From positions 1-20,543 of the forward strand of contig JBBQEB010000059.1 of assembly GCA_038320275.1 (NCBI GenBank): a DNA stretch of 20,543 bases, written 5' to 3'. The translations under genes were made by a program, and so were the position numbers. The notes under the pieces are model-generated. The model ran no database searches, had not been told where the DNA came from, and worked only from the letters and a program-made list of their open reading frames with translations. This document shows, piece by piece, positions 7,900 to 15,336 of the stretch; position 1 is the stretch's first letter, and the number at the start of each line of letters is the position of its first letter. This DNA is from Myxococcales bacterium. Lineage in GTDB: Bacteria > Myxococcota > Myxococcia > Myxococcales > Anaeromyxobacteraceae.

Positions 7900-9602
7900 A
7901 GCGCGGCCGAGACGATGCCCGGCACGCGCGACCAGCTCCCGTCCGTCTCCAGCTCGGCAAGGCGCCGCCCCATCACGTGCGCGGTGCGGTGGCTGGGGAA
8001 GTAGGGCAGCTTGATCGGGCTCCAGGCGGGGCCGCGCACGACGAGCTTCTCGACGTGCTCGAGCATGAGGGTGTTGTGCACGAACCCGCGCCCGCTCTGG
8101 ATGTCGCGCAGGGGGGCGCCGGGGTATGCGCCCCAGGGGCCCGTCCCGGAGGTGTAGGCGAGCCCGGGCCAGAGGTTCACGCAGACGCAACCGTAGCGAA
8201 GGTTGCGGACCGCGCGCTCCACCGCCGAGGCGGTGGTGGGCTCGTCCAGCGTCCGGCCGGAGGCCACGATGGTGGCGGCGAGGGTGCCCCACAGCCGGTC
8301 GTTCGCGAAGCGGACCGCAGCGTCCAGGAACTCGAGCGGCTCGTCGCTGCCGATGTCCACCTCGGAGAGCACGGAACAGAACGGCTCGGTGGTGAACGCC
8401 GACTCGGCCGCCGCCTCGGGGTCGAGCCCGGAGATGAGGGTCCAGGGCAGGGCGCCGTCGCCGCCGCCCCGCCGCTCGATCCGGGCGCGGCCGTCGGTGA
8501 GAGCGCGGTAGCGCGCCTCGGCCCCGGGATACCAGGCGCGCCGGGCGGGGGTCAGCGCCATCCGCTCCAGCACCAGGTCGAGGAACCGCTGCCGCTGACG
8601 CCAGCCCCTGGGGAGCAGCAGCATCTTGCCGGCGATGCAGTTGAACGAGCCGTTGTGCGTCACCATCCCCGCGACGTTGTCGGCCTGGTACGCCAGCTCG
8701 CGATCGGTCCACCGCCCGGGCACCACCAGGATGGGCGTGATGTTGCCGAGCTCGCTCGTGATGTCCTTCGCGAGGAGCGGCTCCCCGCGCGCGATGCGGT
8801 CGGCGCGCTCCGGCCCCGGCGGGCCCCAGACGATGAGGTCGTGCGTCTTGTCCGAGCCGGTGATGTGCACCTCGTCCACGGCAGGGTGCTGCGCGAGATA
8901 GGAGCCCTCCTCGGCGCCGCCGTACACGATGGCGAGGAAGCCGCCGGCCACCGCGTCGGCAAAGGCCTCCTCGAGGAGCGGCCCCATGTACGCGTTCACC
9001 GGATTCATCTTGAGGAGGCAGACCTTGCCCTCGTTGAACATCTTGGTCACCACGTCGGCGGCCGGGATGGAGTTCACGTTCCCGGCGCCGAGGACGAGGC
9101 ACACCTTCCCCGCGTGGTCGGGCCGCTTGTAGAAGCGCGCCCGCGATGCGTGCAGCTCCTCCTCCGTCACGCCCTCCTCCAGGTGGGCGTCGCCCCGGAT
9201 GCCCATGAAGAGCGCCGCGTCGAGCCGGTTTGCCGGAAACACGCGCACTGCGATGCGCCCGTCCGGGGTCTCGCTGGTGCCAGCGATGGGCGTGTTCCCG
9301 TTCCGCTCCAGCATGACGAGCGAGCGCACCGTCTGGCGGAGGAAGCGGTGCGTGGCGTAGGGCGAGGCGATCCACTCGTCTCCCTCGGGCGGCGTGAAGG
9401 GCGCGATGCCCTTCGCCTCGCAGGCGAGCGCGACGCTGCGCTCCGCGATGCGCGCCGCGCCGCGCAGCATGGAGCGCGCGAGCGCGATGCGAGCGGCCAG
9501 CGGCCGGGTGGCCCACGGGCGCGCTCCAGCCCGGAGCCGGTCCAGCGCCTCGTCGAGCCGCCCTCGCTCCGTGCTTCGGGGTGCCTGCAGCGCCTCGGTC
9601 AT
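7890..9602 (-). CDS. Aldehyde dehydrogenase family protein (divergent subfamily)
   Basis: LVLGAGNVNS, LLKMNPVN, VYGGAEEG, HITGSDKT, SELGN (catalytic Glu), GSFNCIA (catalytic Cys), EPFCSVL, FANDRLWGTL. ATG at 9602 overlaps the upstream stop (ATGA), with GGAG upstream. Confidence 0.88.
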   Translation of the reverse strand: MTEALQAPRSTERGRLDEALDRLRAGARPWATRPLAARIALARSMLRGAARIAERSVALACEAKGIAPFTPPEGDEWIASPYATHRFLRQTVRSLVMLERNGNTPIAGTSETPDGRIAVRVFPANRLDAALFMGIRGDAHLEEGVTEEELHASRARFYKRPDHAGKVCLVLGAGNVNSIPAADVVTKMFNEGKVCLLKMNPVNAYMGPLLEEAFADAVAGGFLAIVYGGAEEGSYLAQHPAVDEVHITGSDKTHDLIVWGPPGPERADRIARGEPLLAKDITSELGNITPILVVPGRWTDRELAYQADNVAGMVTHNGSFNCIAGKMLLLPRGWRQRQRFLDLVLERMALTPARRAWYPGAEARYRALTDGRARIERRGGGDGALPWTLISGLDPEAAAESAFTTEPFCSVLSEVDIGSDEPLEFLDAAVRFANDRLWGTLAATIVASGRTLDEPTTASAVERAVRNLRYGCVCVNLWPGLAYTSGTGPWGAYPGAPLRDIQSGRGFVHNTLMLEHVEKLVVRGPAWSPIKLPYFPSHRTAHVMGRRLAELETDGSWSRVPGIVSAALRG

Positions 9603-10456
9603 GTGCGTTTCTCCGGTGAGGTGAGGCGGGGCGGCTCTTGTGCGCGCAGGGTGATGAGCGCCACCTCGGGGTCCGAGCCGAGGCGGATGCGGAAGGCGGA
9701 GTTGCCGACGCCGCGATTCACGTAGAGCTGCACCTCTCCGAGCCTGAAGAGGCCCCGATCGTACGGCTCGTGCGCCATGGTGCGCAGCATGAAGCGGGTG
9801 AGCAGCGGGAGGTGGATCTGTCCGCCGTGGGTGTGACCGGAGAGGCAGACCAGGGGCTCGCCACGGGCCCGTAGCAGATCGGCGGTGCGCGGGCCGTGCG
9901 CGAGCGCGAGCCGCGAGCCCTCCCCGGCGCCGGCGAGCGCCTTCGCAGGGCGCGCCTCTCCGGTGAGGAGGTCGTCGATGCCGATGACGGTGAAAGGCGC
10001 GCCGCGCAGGGTGAGGGCGGTATTCTCGTTGCGCAGCACGGCGTACCCGTGCGCGGAGAGAGCGCGCGCAGCGCCGCGGGGATCGACCCAGTGGTCGTGG
10101 TTTCCGAGCACCGCGACGCAGGGCGCCTCGATGCCGCCGAGCTGCTCGCGCATGAGCCCGACGCCCGCCTCGTCGCGGCAGAGATAATCGCCAGTGAGTG
10201 TGACCAGGTCGGGCTTCCAGGCGTTGACGCGGGCGATGGCGGCCCGGATGCGCTCCCGCGGCGTGCGGGGCCCCACGTGAAGGTCCGAGAGCTGCGCGAT
10301 CTTGAGGCCGTCGTGCGCGGGGTCGAGGCCCGGGACGGTGAGCACCGGCAGCTCGACGCCAAGGCCCTCGCCCTCCGCAGATGCCGGCATGGCCGAGCCC
10401 ACGACCGCGGTCGCGAGCGCGCCTCGAAGAAAGTCTCTGCGGGAAAACGCCGGCAT
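9599..10456 (-). CDS. Calcineurin-like metallophosphoesterase (YkuE/YaeI-like) with Tat signal peptide
   Basis: SDLH, TGDY, LGNHD, LAHGP, SGHTHGGQ, YVNRGVG motifs; N-terminal SRRDFL twin-arginine motif, hydrophobic stretch and ASA cleavage site. Confidence 0.92.
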   Translation of the reverse strand: MPAFSRRDFLRGALATAVVGSAMPASAEGEGLGVELPVLTVPGLDPAHDGLKIAQLSDLHVGPRTPRERIRAAIARVNAWKPDLVTLTGDYLCRDEAGVGLMREQLGGIEAPCVAVLGNHDHWVDPRGAARALSAHGYAVLRNENTALTLRGAPFTVIGIDDLLTGEARPAKALAGAGEGSRLALAHGPRTADLLRARGEPLVCLSGHTHGGQIHLPLLTRFMLRTMAHEPYDRGLFRLGEVQLYVNRGVGNSAFRIRLGSDPEVALITLRAQEPPRLTSPEKRT

Positions 10457-10515
10457 ATGGGGTCAGGGATCCTAACCGCCCGCGGGCCCGGCGCATCGGG
10501 CGTGGGAGCGGCCCC

Positions 10516-10737
10516 CTACTTGCCGGCGGTCAACAGGGAGGCTGGCGTGACGCCCAGCGCTCGCGCCATGGCCTCGATCGTCTCGAGGGGCGGGGAACGC
10601 TGCCCGCGCTCCAGCATCGAGACGTAAGAGACAGAGATCCCGACCTTGTCCGCCAGCGCCTTTTGCGAGATCTTCTTCTTCAGGCGGAGGCGCCGGACGT
10701 TCCCGGCGAAGCGAGTCAGGAGGTCCATCGAAGCCAT
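10516..10737 (-). CDS. Small XRE/HTH_3 family transcriptional regulator
   Basis: 73 aa: NVRRLRLKKKISQKALADKVGISVSYVSMLERGQRSPPLETIEAMARALGV; GGAG just upstream of the ATG. Confidence 0.92.
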   Translation of the reverse strand: MASMDLLTRFAGNVRRLRLKKKISQKALADKVGISVSYVSMLERGQRSPPLETIEAMARALGVTPASLLTAGK

Positions 10738-10866
10738 GGGCTCCGCTTAACAGCGAGTGTATGACCAGGGCACCGACCTTTTCGGGGTGCGACAAGGCCG
10801 TAGTGGTGACGCTCCGTGACTCGCGTTACGTATCGAACCGGGTTTTCCCAACGCGGAAGGAGTGTC

Positions 10867-11367
10867 ATGGCAAAAGCATTGTGGAAGCTCGCGGTCGGCG
10901 AAGAGGCGCCCGACTTCGAGTTGCAGGCGACCGGCGACACGGCCGGGAAGGGCGCCGAGAAGAAGAAGATCCGGCTGTCGAGTTACCGCGGCAAGAAGAA
11001 CGTGATGCTGGCGTTCTTCCCTGCCGCGTTCACACCTGTTTGAACGATTCAGATGCCCTCGTACGAGGAGGATCTCTCCGAGTTCGAGCGGCGCAATACC
11101 CAGGTCCTGGGTATCAGCACGGACGTCGTTCACGCGCAGGAAGCTTGGGGCAAGAGCATGGGTGGGCTGTCGTACCCGCTGCTCGCCGATAACTATCCGT
11201 ACGGCCACGTGGCACAGCAGTACGGCGTGCTGCGCGGCGACGGGCTCATGGAGCGCTCCATCTTCGTCATCGATAAGGCGGGAAAGATCGCCTACATCGA
11301 CATCCACGACATCGGTGAGCAGCCGCCCACCGACAAGATCATGGCAGCGCTCGACAAGCTGAAGTGA
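10867..11367 (+). CDS. Selenocysteine-containing peroxiredoxin (AhpC/TSA family, AhpE/BCP-like), Sec59 at TGA 11041-11043
   Basis: Track ORFs 10816..11043 and 11053..11367 share one frame. Readthrough gives VGEEAPDFEL...AFFPAAFTPV-U-TIQMP...VLGISTD...YPLLAD...ERSIFVIDKAGKI, 166 aa. The TGA sits at the peroxidatic position of PxxxTxxC. AAGGAG RBS precedes ATG 10867, and a SECIS-like hairpin follows the TGA. Confidence 0.9.
11051..11075 (+). promoter_or_regulatory. Putative bacterial SECIS element for the peroxiredoxin
   Basis: CCTC(11057-60)-loop GTAC-GAGG(11065-68) upper stem, with AGAT(11051-54)/ATCT(11072-75) lower stem. The loop begins with GU, 17 nt after the UGA. Confidence 0.65.
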
Positions 11368-11401
11368 CCGACTCGCGAACGCTCGAGGGGTGACCGGAGA
11401 C

Positions 11402-12103
11402 ATGGCCGAGAAGACCGAATCGAAGCCCCTCGAGCTGTCGCGCTACTGCGTCCCGTTCACGCCCTTCAAGGGCAAGATCGAGGAAGCGTCGGTGTGCATC
11501 GTCTCGACGGCGTCGGTGCGAGAGAAGAAGGATGCGCCGTTCAACGTCGAGGGGGACGCCAGCTACCGGGTCATCTCCGGCGAGGCGAACGGGTCGGACC
11601 TCACCTACGACGACGAGCATTTCGACCACGCCTGCGCGGACGCGGACATCAACTGCATCTTCCCCATCGACCGCGTGCGCGAGCTCGCCGCGGAGAAGCG
11701 GGTGGGCGGGCTCACCGAACGCCACTTCACGATGGGCTTCAGCATGGCGCTCCGCGACCTGCGCGAGAAGACCATCCCGCAGCTCGCGCGCGAGGTCGAC
11801 CGGGCGCGGCCGGACATCGTGCTGCTCACGGGTGGTTGACGCCTTTGCCATCGCACGGTGGTCACCGTGCAGCGCACCATCGAGATGCTGGGCATCCCCA
11901 CGGTGGTGGTGACCGTGGAGCCCGAGGAGACCGCTCAGGCGCGGCCCCCGCGCGCGCTCTGCCCCAAGGGCTTCGTGGCGGGCCACTCTCTGGGGAGGCC
12001 CAACGATCCCGAGCTCCAGAAGCGGATCCTCACCGACGCCTTCGCGCTCCTCACCGGGCCGGCGCGGCCGGGCGAGGTGGTGACGATGGAGTACGGGAAG
12101 TAA
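11402..12103 (+). CDS. PrdB/GrdB-like (proline/glycine reductase selenoprotein B family) selenoprotein, Sec146 at TGA 11837-11839
   Basis: Track ORFs 11390..11839 and 11858..12103 share one frame. Readthrough gives DINCIFPIDRVRELAAE...DIVLLTGG-U-RLCHRTVVTVQRTIEMLGIPTV, 233 aa. This matches my recollection of clostridial PrdB (DINCMFPIDR..., LTAGUGTCHRSAV.VQRAIEE.GIPT), including the UxxC motif. GGAG RBS precedes ATG 11402. Confidence 0.88.
11853..11870 (+). promoter_or_regulatory. Putative bacterial SECIS element for the PrdB-like gene
   Basis: Perfect 7-bp stem GCACGGT(11853-59)/ACCGTGC(11864-70) with a GGTC loop starting 20 nt after the UGA. The GGUC loop resembles the SelB-bound loop of the E. 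coli fdhF SECIS. Confidence 0.75.
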
Positions 12104-12131
12104 CCTCCGCCGCCGCTCCGCCTCGACAAAC

Positions 12132-12160
12132 AAAGGGCGCGCTCGCCGGCGCGCCCTTTT
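12132..12160. terminator. Intrinsic, probably bidirectional, terminator
   Basis: AAAGGGCGCGC-TCGCCG-GCGCGCCCTTT(T), A-rich on the left and a T-run on the right, between convergent genes. A second hairpin CCCCGGCGG-CGC-CCGCCGGGG lies at 12171-12191. Confidence 0.8.
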
Positions 12161-12196
12161 CGTGTCCTGACCCCGGCGGCGCCCGCCGGGGGCCGT

Positions 12197-13966
12197 TCAC
12201 GGACCGGAGTAGCTTGCGACGCCTCCGCCCTTGGTGACCGCCCCGGCGGCGTCCTTCGACGGCCAGTACGCGAAGTACACGATGCGCGGGCTCACCCAGC
12301 GATCGATCTGGATGGAGCGGACCGGCTGCCCCGCGAAGGTAGGGAAACCGAGCGCGGGCTCGTTGGCGGTGAAGGGAGTGAACTTCCCGTTCTGCACGCG
12401 CATGACGCCTCCCCAGTTCAGTCCGACCCATGCCGTGTTGCCGGTGGGATCGGCGGGATCGCAGGCGACGGCGAGCACGCCCGTTCCGTAGGTGCCCGAG
12501 TTCGGGATCGCCATGTAGTCCAGCGTCTTGCCGTCGGCGGATCGGCGGAGAAGGCCGTTCGTGGAGGAGCCGATCCAGAGCGTCCCATCATCGCAGAAAG
12601 AGAGCGACTGGGTGTCGTCGTTGAGGACCTGCTCCGGGACTTTCGTGCTGTCGCCCCACCACGCGTACCAATGAAAAGGCAGGCCTCCCGGCCCGATGTA
12701 CCAGTTGGAGTTGGACAGGTCGGCTCCGTAGCCCTGCATGAAGCCAGTCCGATAACCGTTCGAGCCCCAGGCCGTGCCGTCCCGCGGGTTGATGGCGACG
12801 CCCCAGGCATAGCCCGTGTAGAACATGCTCGTTGCAGGGGAGTAGAACGCCGGGTGGTCGTGCTCCCACACGTTCTTCGTGTCGGCCCAGGTGGACGCAT
12901 ACGCCTGCATCTGCGGGTACCACTTCGAGCTGTCCGCGCTCTTGTCCACCCAGCCGCGGGTGCCCGTGTTGGCGAGGAGAACCGCCACCGTGGCGTGCGT
13001 GCCGCCCATCCAGACATCGCCATACTGCATCGACGCGCTCTCGTGGTTGACCGCGATGCGCTGCACCTGGCGCAGCTTCTTGCGGCCGAGCTCCCAGAAC
13101 TCCTCGCCATTTTGGCAGGTGTCGGCGTGGCGCTCAACCGGCGACGTCGATCCGGAGGGGATGTCCGCGCAGACGGTATGCGGCGGGGAAGCGATGAGCA
13201 CGTGGCGGGTGCGCGAGAGCAGGTTTTTTCCGTCGAAGCTCACCACGTCGGCGCCCCCGGAGAACTGCGCCCAGAGGGCATCCTGATCCTCGTCGGTGCC
13301 GTGTCCCTTGAAGCCGATGATGGCGGTTCCGGGCGCGGCTCCGGCGACCGAGATCACGGGGCACGCGACCGCCGGGCCGGGTCCGGTGGGATGAGCGGTG
13401 TGATTGAGCGATGCCGCGAATGCGGGATCGCCGTCGTAGGGAACCCCCTGGTAGCAATTCTTGGTGAGCCCCGCGTTCACGGCGTCGAACTTCTGGAAGC
13501 CCTGGTCCGCGCGCGCCTTGGCGTAGAGGGCGTCCCAACCCGCCACGTAGACGTTGCCGCCCTCGTCGGCGGAGACGTCCCAGATGTCGTTCGAGAGCCC
13601 CTGGCCCGTGCCGTAGAAGGTCCAGCCATCCTTGCTGATGGGCGGCGCCAGCGCGACGCCACCACCGTCCGGGGCGCCGCCATCGACCGGGCCGCCGTCG
13701 ACCGGGCCACCATCGAGAGGGCCACCGTCGAGAAGGCCGCCGTCGGTCGGGCCGCCGTCGAGGCTCCCCCCGTCGGTCGCCCCTCCATCCGCACCGGCGC
13801 CACCATCGGAGGCGCCGCCATCGACCGTTCCCGCGCCTCCGTCCGCCAGGCCTCCGCCGTCCACGGCGAGACCCGCGACGACGGCCGGGCTCCCGCCCCC
13901 GCTCGAGCCACCGCAGGCCGCCAGCGCCAGCACACTCAGCGCGATCCACCATCGGCTCATCGACAT
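12197..13966 (-). CDS. Hypothetical lipoprotein with a DGG-repeat linker and a Trp/Gly-rich, probably beta-propeller-like domain
   Basis: Start ATG 13966 (or 13960): MSMSRWWIALSVLALAAC (lipobox LAAC). Blade-like segments IWDVSADEGGNVYVAG, WGVAINPRDGTAWG, SLSFCDDGTLWIGS, AVACDP..NTAWVG. The track's extension to 14377 looks spurious. Confidence 0.8.
   Translation of the reverse strand: MSMSRWWIALSVLALAACGGSSGGGSPAVVAGLAVDGGGLADGGAGTVDGGASDGGAGADGGATDGGSLDGGPTDGGLLDGGPLDGGPVDGGPVDGGAPDGGGVALAPPISKDGWTFYGTGQGLSNDIWDVSADEGGNVYVAGWDALYAKARADQGFQKFDAVNAGLTKNCYQGVPYDGDPAFAASLNHTAHPTGPGPAVACPVISVAGAAPGTAIIGFKGHGTDEDQDALWAQFSGGADVVSFDGKNLLSRTRHVLIASPPHTVCADIPSGSTSPVERHADTCQNGEEFWELGRKKLRQVQRIAVNHESASMQYGDVWMGGTHATVAVLLANTGTRGWVDKSADSSKWYPQMQAYASTWADTKNVWEHDHPAFYSPATSMFYTGYAWGVAINPRDGTAWGSNGYRTGFMQGYGADLSNSNWYIGPGGLPFHWYAWWGDSTKVPEQVLNDDTQSLSFCDDGTLWIGSSTNGLLRRSADGKTLDYMAIPNSGTYGTGVLAVACDPADPTGNTAWVGLNWGGVMRVQNGKFTPFTANEPALGFPTFAGQPVRSIQIDRWVSPRIVYFAYWPSKDAAGAVTKGGGVASYSGP
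13661..13861 (-). repeat. Coding repeat: 13 copies of xDGG, mostly with a 5-aa period
   Basis: VDGGGLADGGAGTVDGGASDGGAGADGGATDGGSLDGGPTDGGLLDGGPLDGGPVDGGPVDGGAPDGG. Confidence 0.9.
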
Positions 13967-14117
13967 ACGACACCCCCAGCCCGTAGTGGCCTGGGCTGAG
14001 AGTGGATGCGGCGCGCCATTCCGCCAAGCCCGTGGAGGCGCGACCACGTGGGCTCTGTCGCACGGCCGCCAGCCCGGTTGGGGGAGGTGGGCACAGATCA
14101 TGCGATGTCTCGGGCCC

Positions 14118-14747
14118 ATGGATGCGACGCCGCCGCGAAGCCCAGGCCCCCTTGCCGAGCGGCAGCCCGCGCCGCGGACCCAGGTTCCGGACGCGAGCCT
14201 CTTCGCGCTGGCCCTGGCCCGGGCGCGCGCCGGGCTGGCGCGACCGCCGCCCGCGTTCGGAACCTCGCCCTGCGCCGCCGCCCCTGCGGTCGTTCTCATG
14301 GCACGCAGGACCGGGGCGGATGGGCTCGCGTCGGGACTTCGCGCCCGGCGAGCGGCCCACGACGAGGGCGCCACCACCCTGGCCCCGCCGAGGCTTCAGG
14401 AGAGTTCCGCCCCCGGCGCGCGCGAGCTCGCGCCACCACCGTTCCAGGGGCTCCTCGCACCCGCCGCGCTCGACCGCGTCGCCGCCGAGTCGAGAAGGCT
14501 CGGTGGCGGCAACCCGACGGTGGAGCTGCGGTTCGGATCGGACGTCCAGATCCGGCTGGTTCACGCGAAGGGTGGGATCGAGATCGTGCTGCGCGCGGGC
14601 CGCGGGGCGGAGCGACCGGCGCGCAGCGAGCTGACCGGGCTGGTGAACGCGCTCCGCGGCCGTGGAGTCCACGTCAGCGCGGCGTCGCTCGAGCTCGCGC
14701 CGGCAGGCGCGATGGCCGCCAGGTCTTTCGCTCCTGGAGCGCGTTGA
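14118..14747 (+). CDS. Hypothetical protein; C-terminus resembles a FliK/hook-length-control-type domain
   Basis: The 3' part of track ORF 13632..14747 reads like a real folded domain: PTVELRFGSDVQIRLVHAKGGIEIVLRA...RSELTGLVNALRGRGVHVSAASLE (three strands, helix, strand), after a Pro/Ala-rich N-terminus. The start (14118 or 14099 region) is uncertain. Confidence 0.55.
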   Translation: MDATPPRSPGPLAERQPAPRTQVPDASLFALALARARAGLARPPPAFGTSPCAAAPAVVLMARRTGADGLASGLRARRAAHDEGATTLAPPRLQESSAPGARELAPPPFQGLLAPAALDRVAAESRRLGGGNPTVELRFGSDVQIRLVHAKGGIEIVLRAGRGAERPARSELTGLVNALRGRGVHVSAASLELAPAGAMAARSFAPGAR

Positions 14748-14773
14748 CGCCACCCGGCGGGGTCCGCTACAAC
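14744..14773 (+). promoter_or_regulatory. Possible sigma70 promoter for tRNA-Cys
   Basis: TTGACG (14744-49), 18 nt, TACAAC (14768-73), about 20 nt before the tRNA. The -10 element lacks the final T. Confidence 0.4.
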
Positions 14774-14794
14774 GCTGCTCCTGCTGGCCCGGAT

Positions 14795-14870
14795 GGCACC
14801 GTCGCCAAGTTGGTAAGGCAAAGGTCTGCAACACCTTCATTCCCCGGTTCGAATCCGGGCGGTGCCTCCA
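14795..14870 (+). tRNA. tRNA-Cys (GCA)
   Basis: Acceptor stem GGCACCG/CGGTGCC, U73 discriminator and encoded CCA; D arm GCC-AAGTTGGTAA-GGC; anticodon arm AAGGT-CTGCAAC-ACCTT; T arm CCCGG-TTCGAAT-CCGGG; 76 nt. Confidence 0.96.
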
Positions 14871-14908
14871 CGTCCCGGGATCGCGCGCTGCGAGACGCTC
14901 GGAGATCC

Positions 14909-15232
14909 ATGATCCAGCCCTCCGACGAGCTCTGCCAGTACTGCGGCGCCGACCTCGACGCGACGCCGCCGCGCGAGGAGAGGGGCTACCTGTACGGCCT
15001 GGAGTGCAGCCGGTGCGCTCCGGAGAACCGGCGGTCGCAGGTCCTCGCGCGCTCCACGCGCGTGGCGGAGCTGAGCTGCCCGGGCTGCGGCGCGCGCATC
15101 GCCCCCGCCGAGGGACACCCGGACGTGCTCGTCGTGAAGGAGATGATCTACGATGTCTGCCCCTCCTGCGGGGAGCGGTGCAACGTGGCCTCGGTGCGGA
15201 AGCTGAGCGACACGGGCGGCGGCGTGATGTGA
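14909..15232 (+). CDS. Small hypothetical protein with four CxxC motifs (putative double zinc ribbon)
   Basis: GGAG RBS then ATG 14909; 107 aa with CQYC, CSRC, CPGC, CPSC. It is the 3' end of track ORF 14006..15232. Confidence 0.78.
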   Translation: MIQPSDELCQYCGADLDATPPREERGYLYGLECSRCAPENRRSQVLARSTRVAELSCPGCGARIAPAEGHPDVLVVKEMIYDVCPSCGERCNVASVRKLSDTGGGVM

Positions 15233-15336
15233 GCCGACGGCCTCGCGGCTGGGGGTCTCGAGCCTCCACGCGCTGACGGCAGCGGGCCGCTTCACGGACC
15301 GTCGCACCTGCCGGCGCGTGACCCAGCCCTACCCCA

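Noticed and set aside
9603..10496. N-terminal extension of the ALDH (868-aa ORF), and likewise the 813-aa extension of the SDR
   Set aside because: These are off-frame overlaps with the real upstream genes, and coupled starts exist at 9602 and 16362.
10516..10737. XRE protein as a restriction-modification controller or antitoxin
   Set aside because: No methyltransferase, nuclease or toxin gene is adjacent.
10867..12103. Two pseudogenes or four small independent ORFs
   Set aside because: Both stops are TGA at the exact catalytic position, the frame and family motifs continue, and each is followed by a SECIS-like hairpin.
14795..14870. tRNA as tRNA-Sec or a UGA suppressor serving the nearby selenoprotein genes
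   Set aside because: It has a GCA anticodon, 7-bp acceptor stem, short variable loop and U73, so it is an ordinary tRNA-Cys.
14845..15336. Integrated element at the tRNA-Cys 3' end
   Set aside because: No integrase and no duplicated tRNA 3' end seen; core-type genes resume within about 470 nt.
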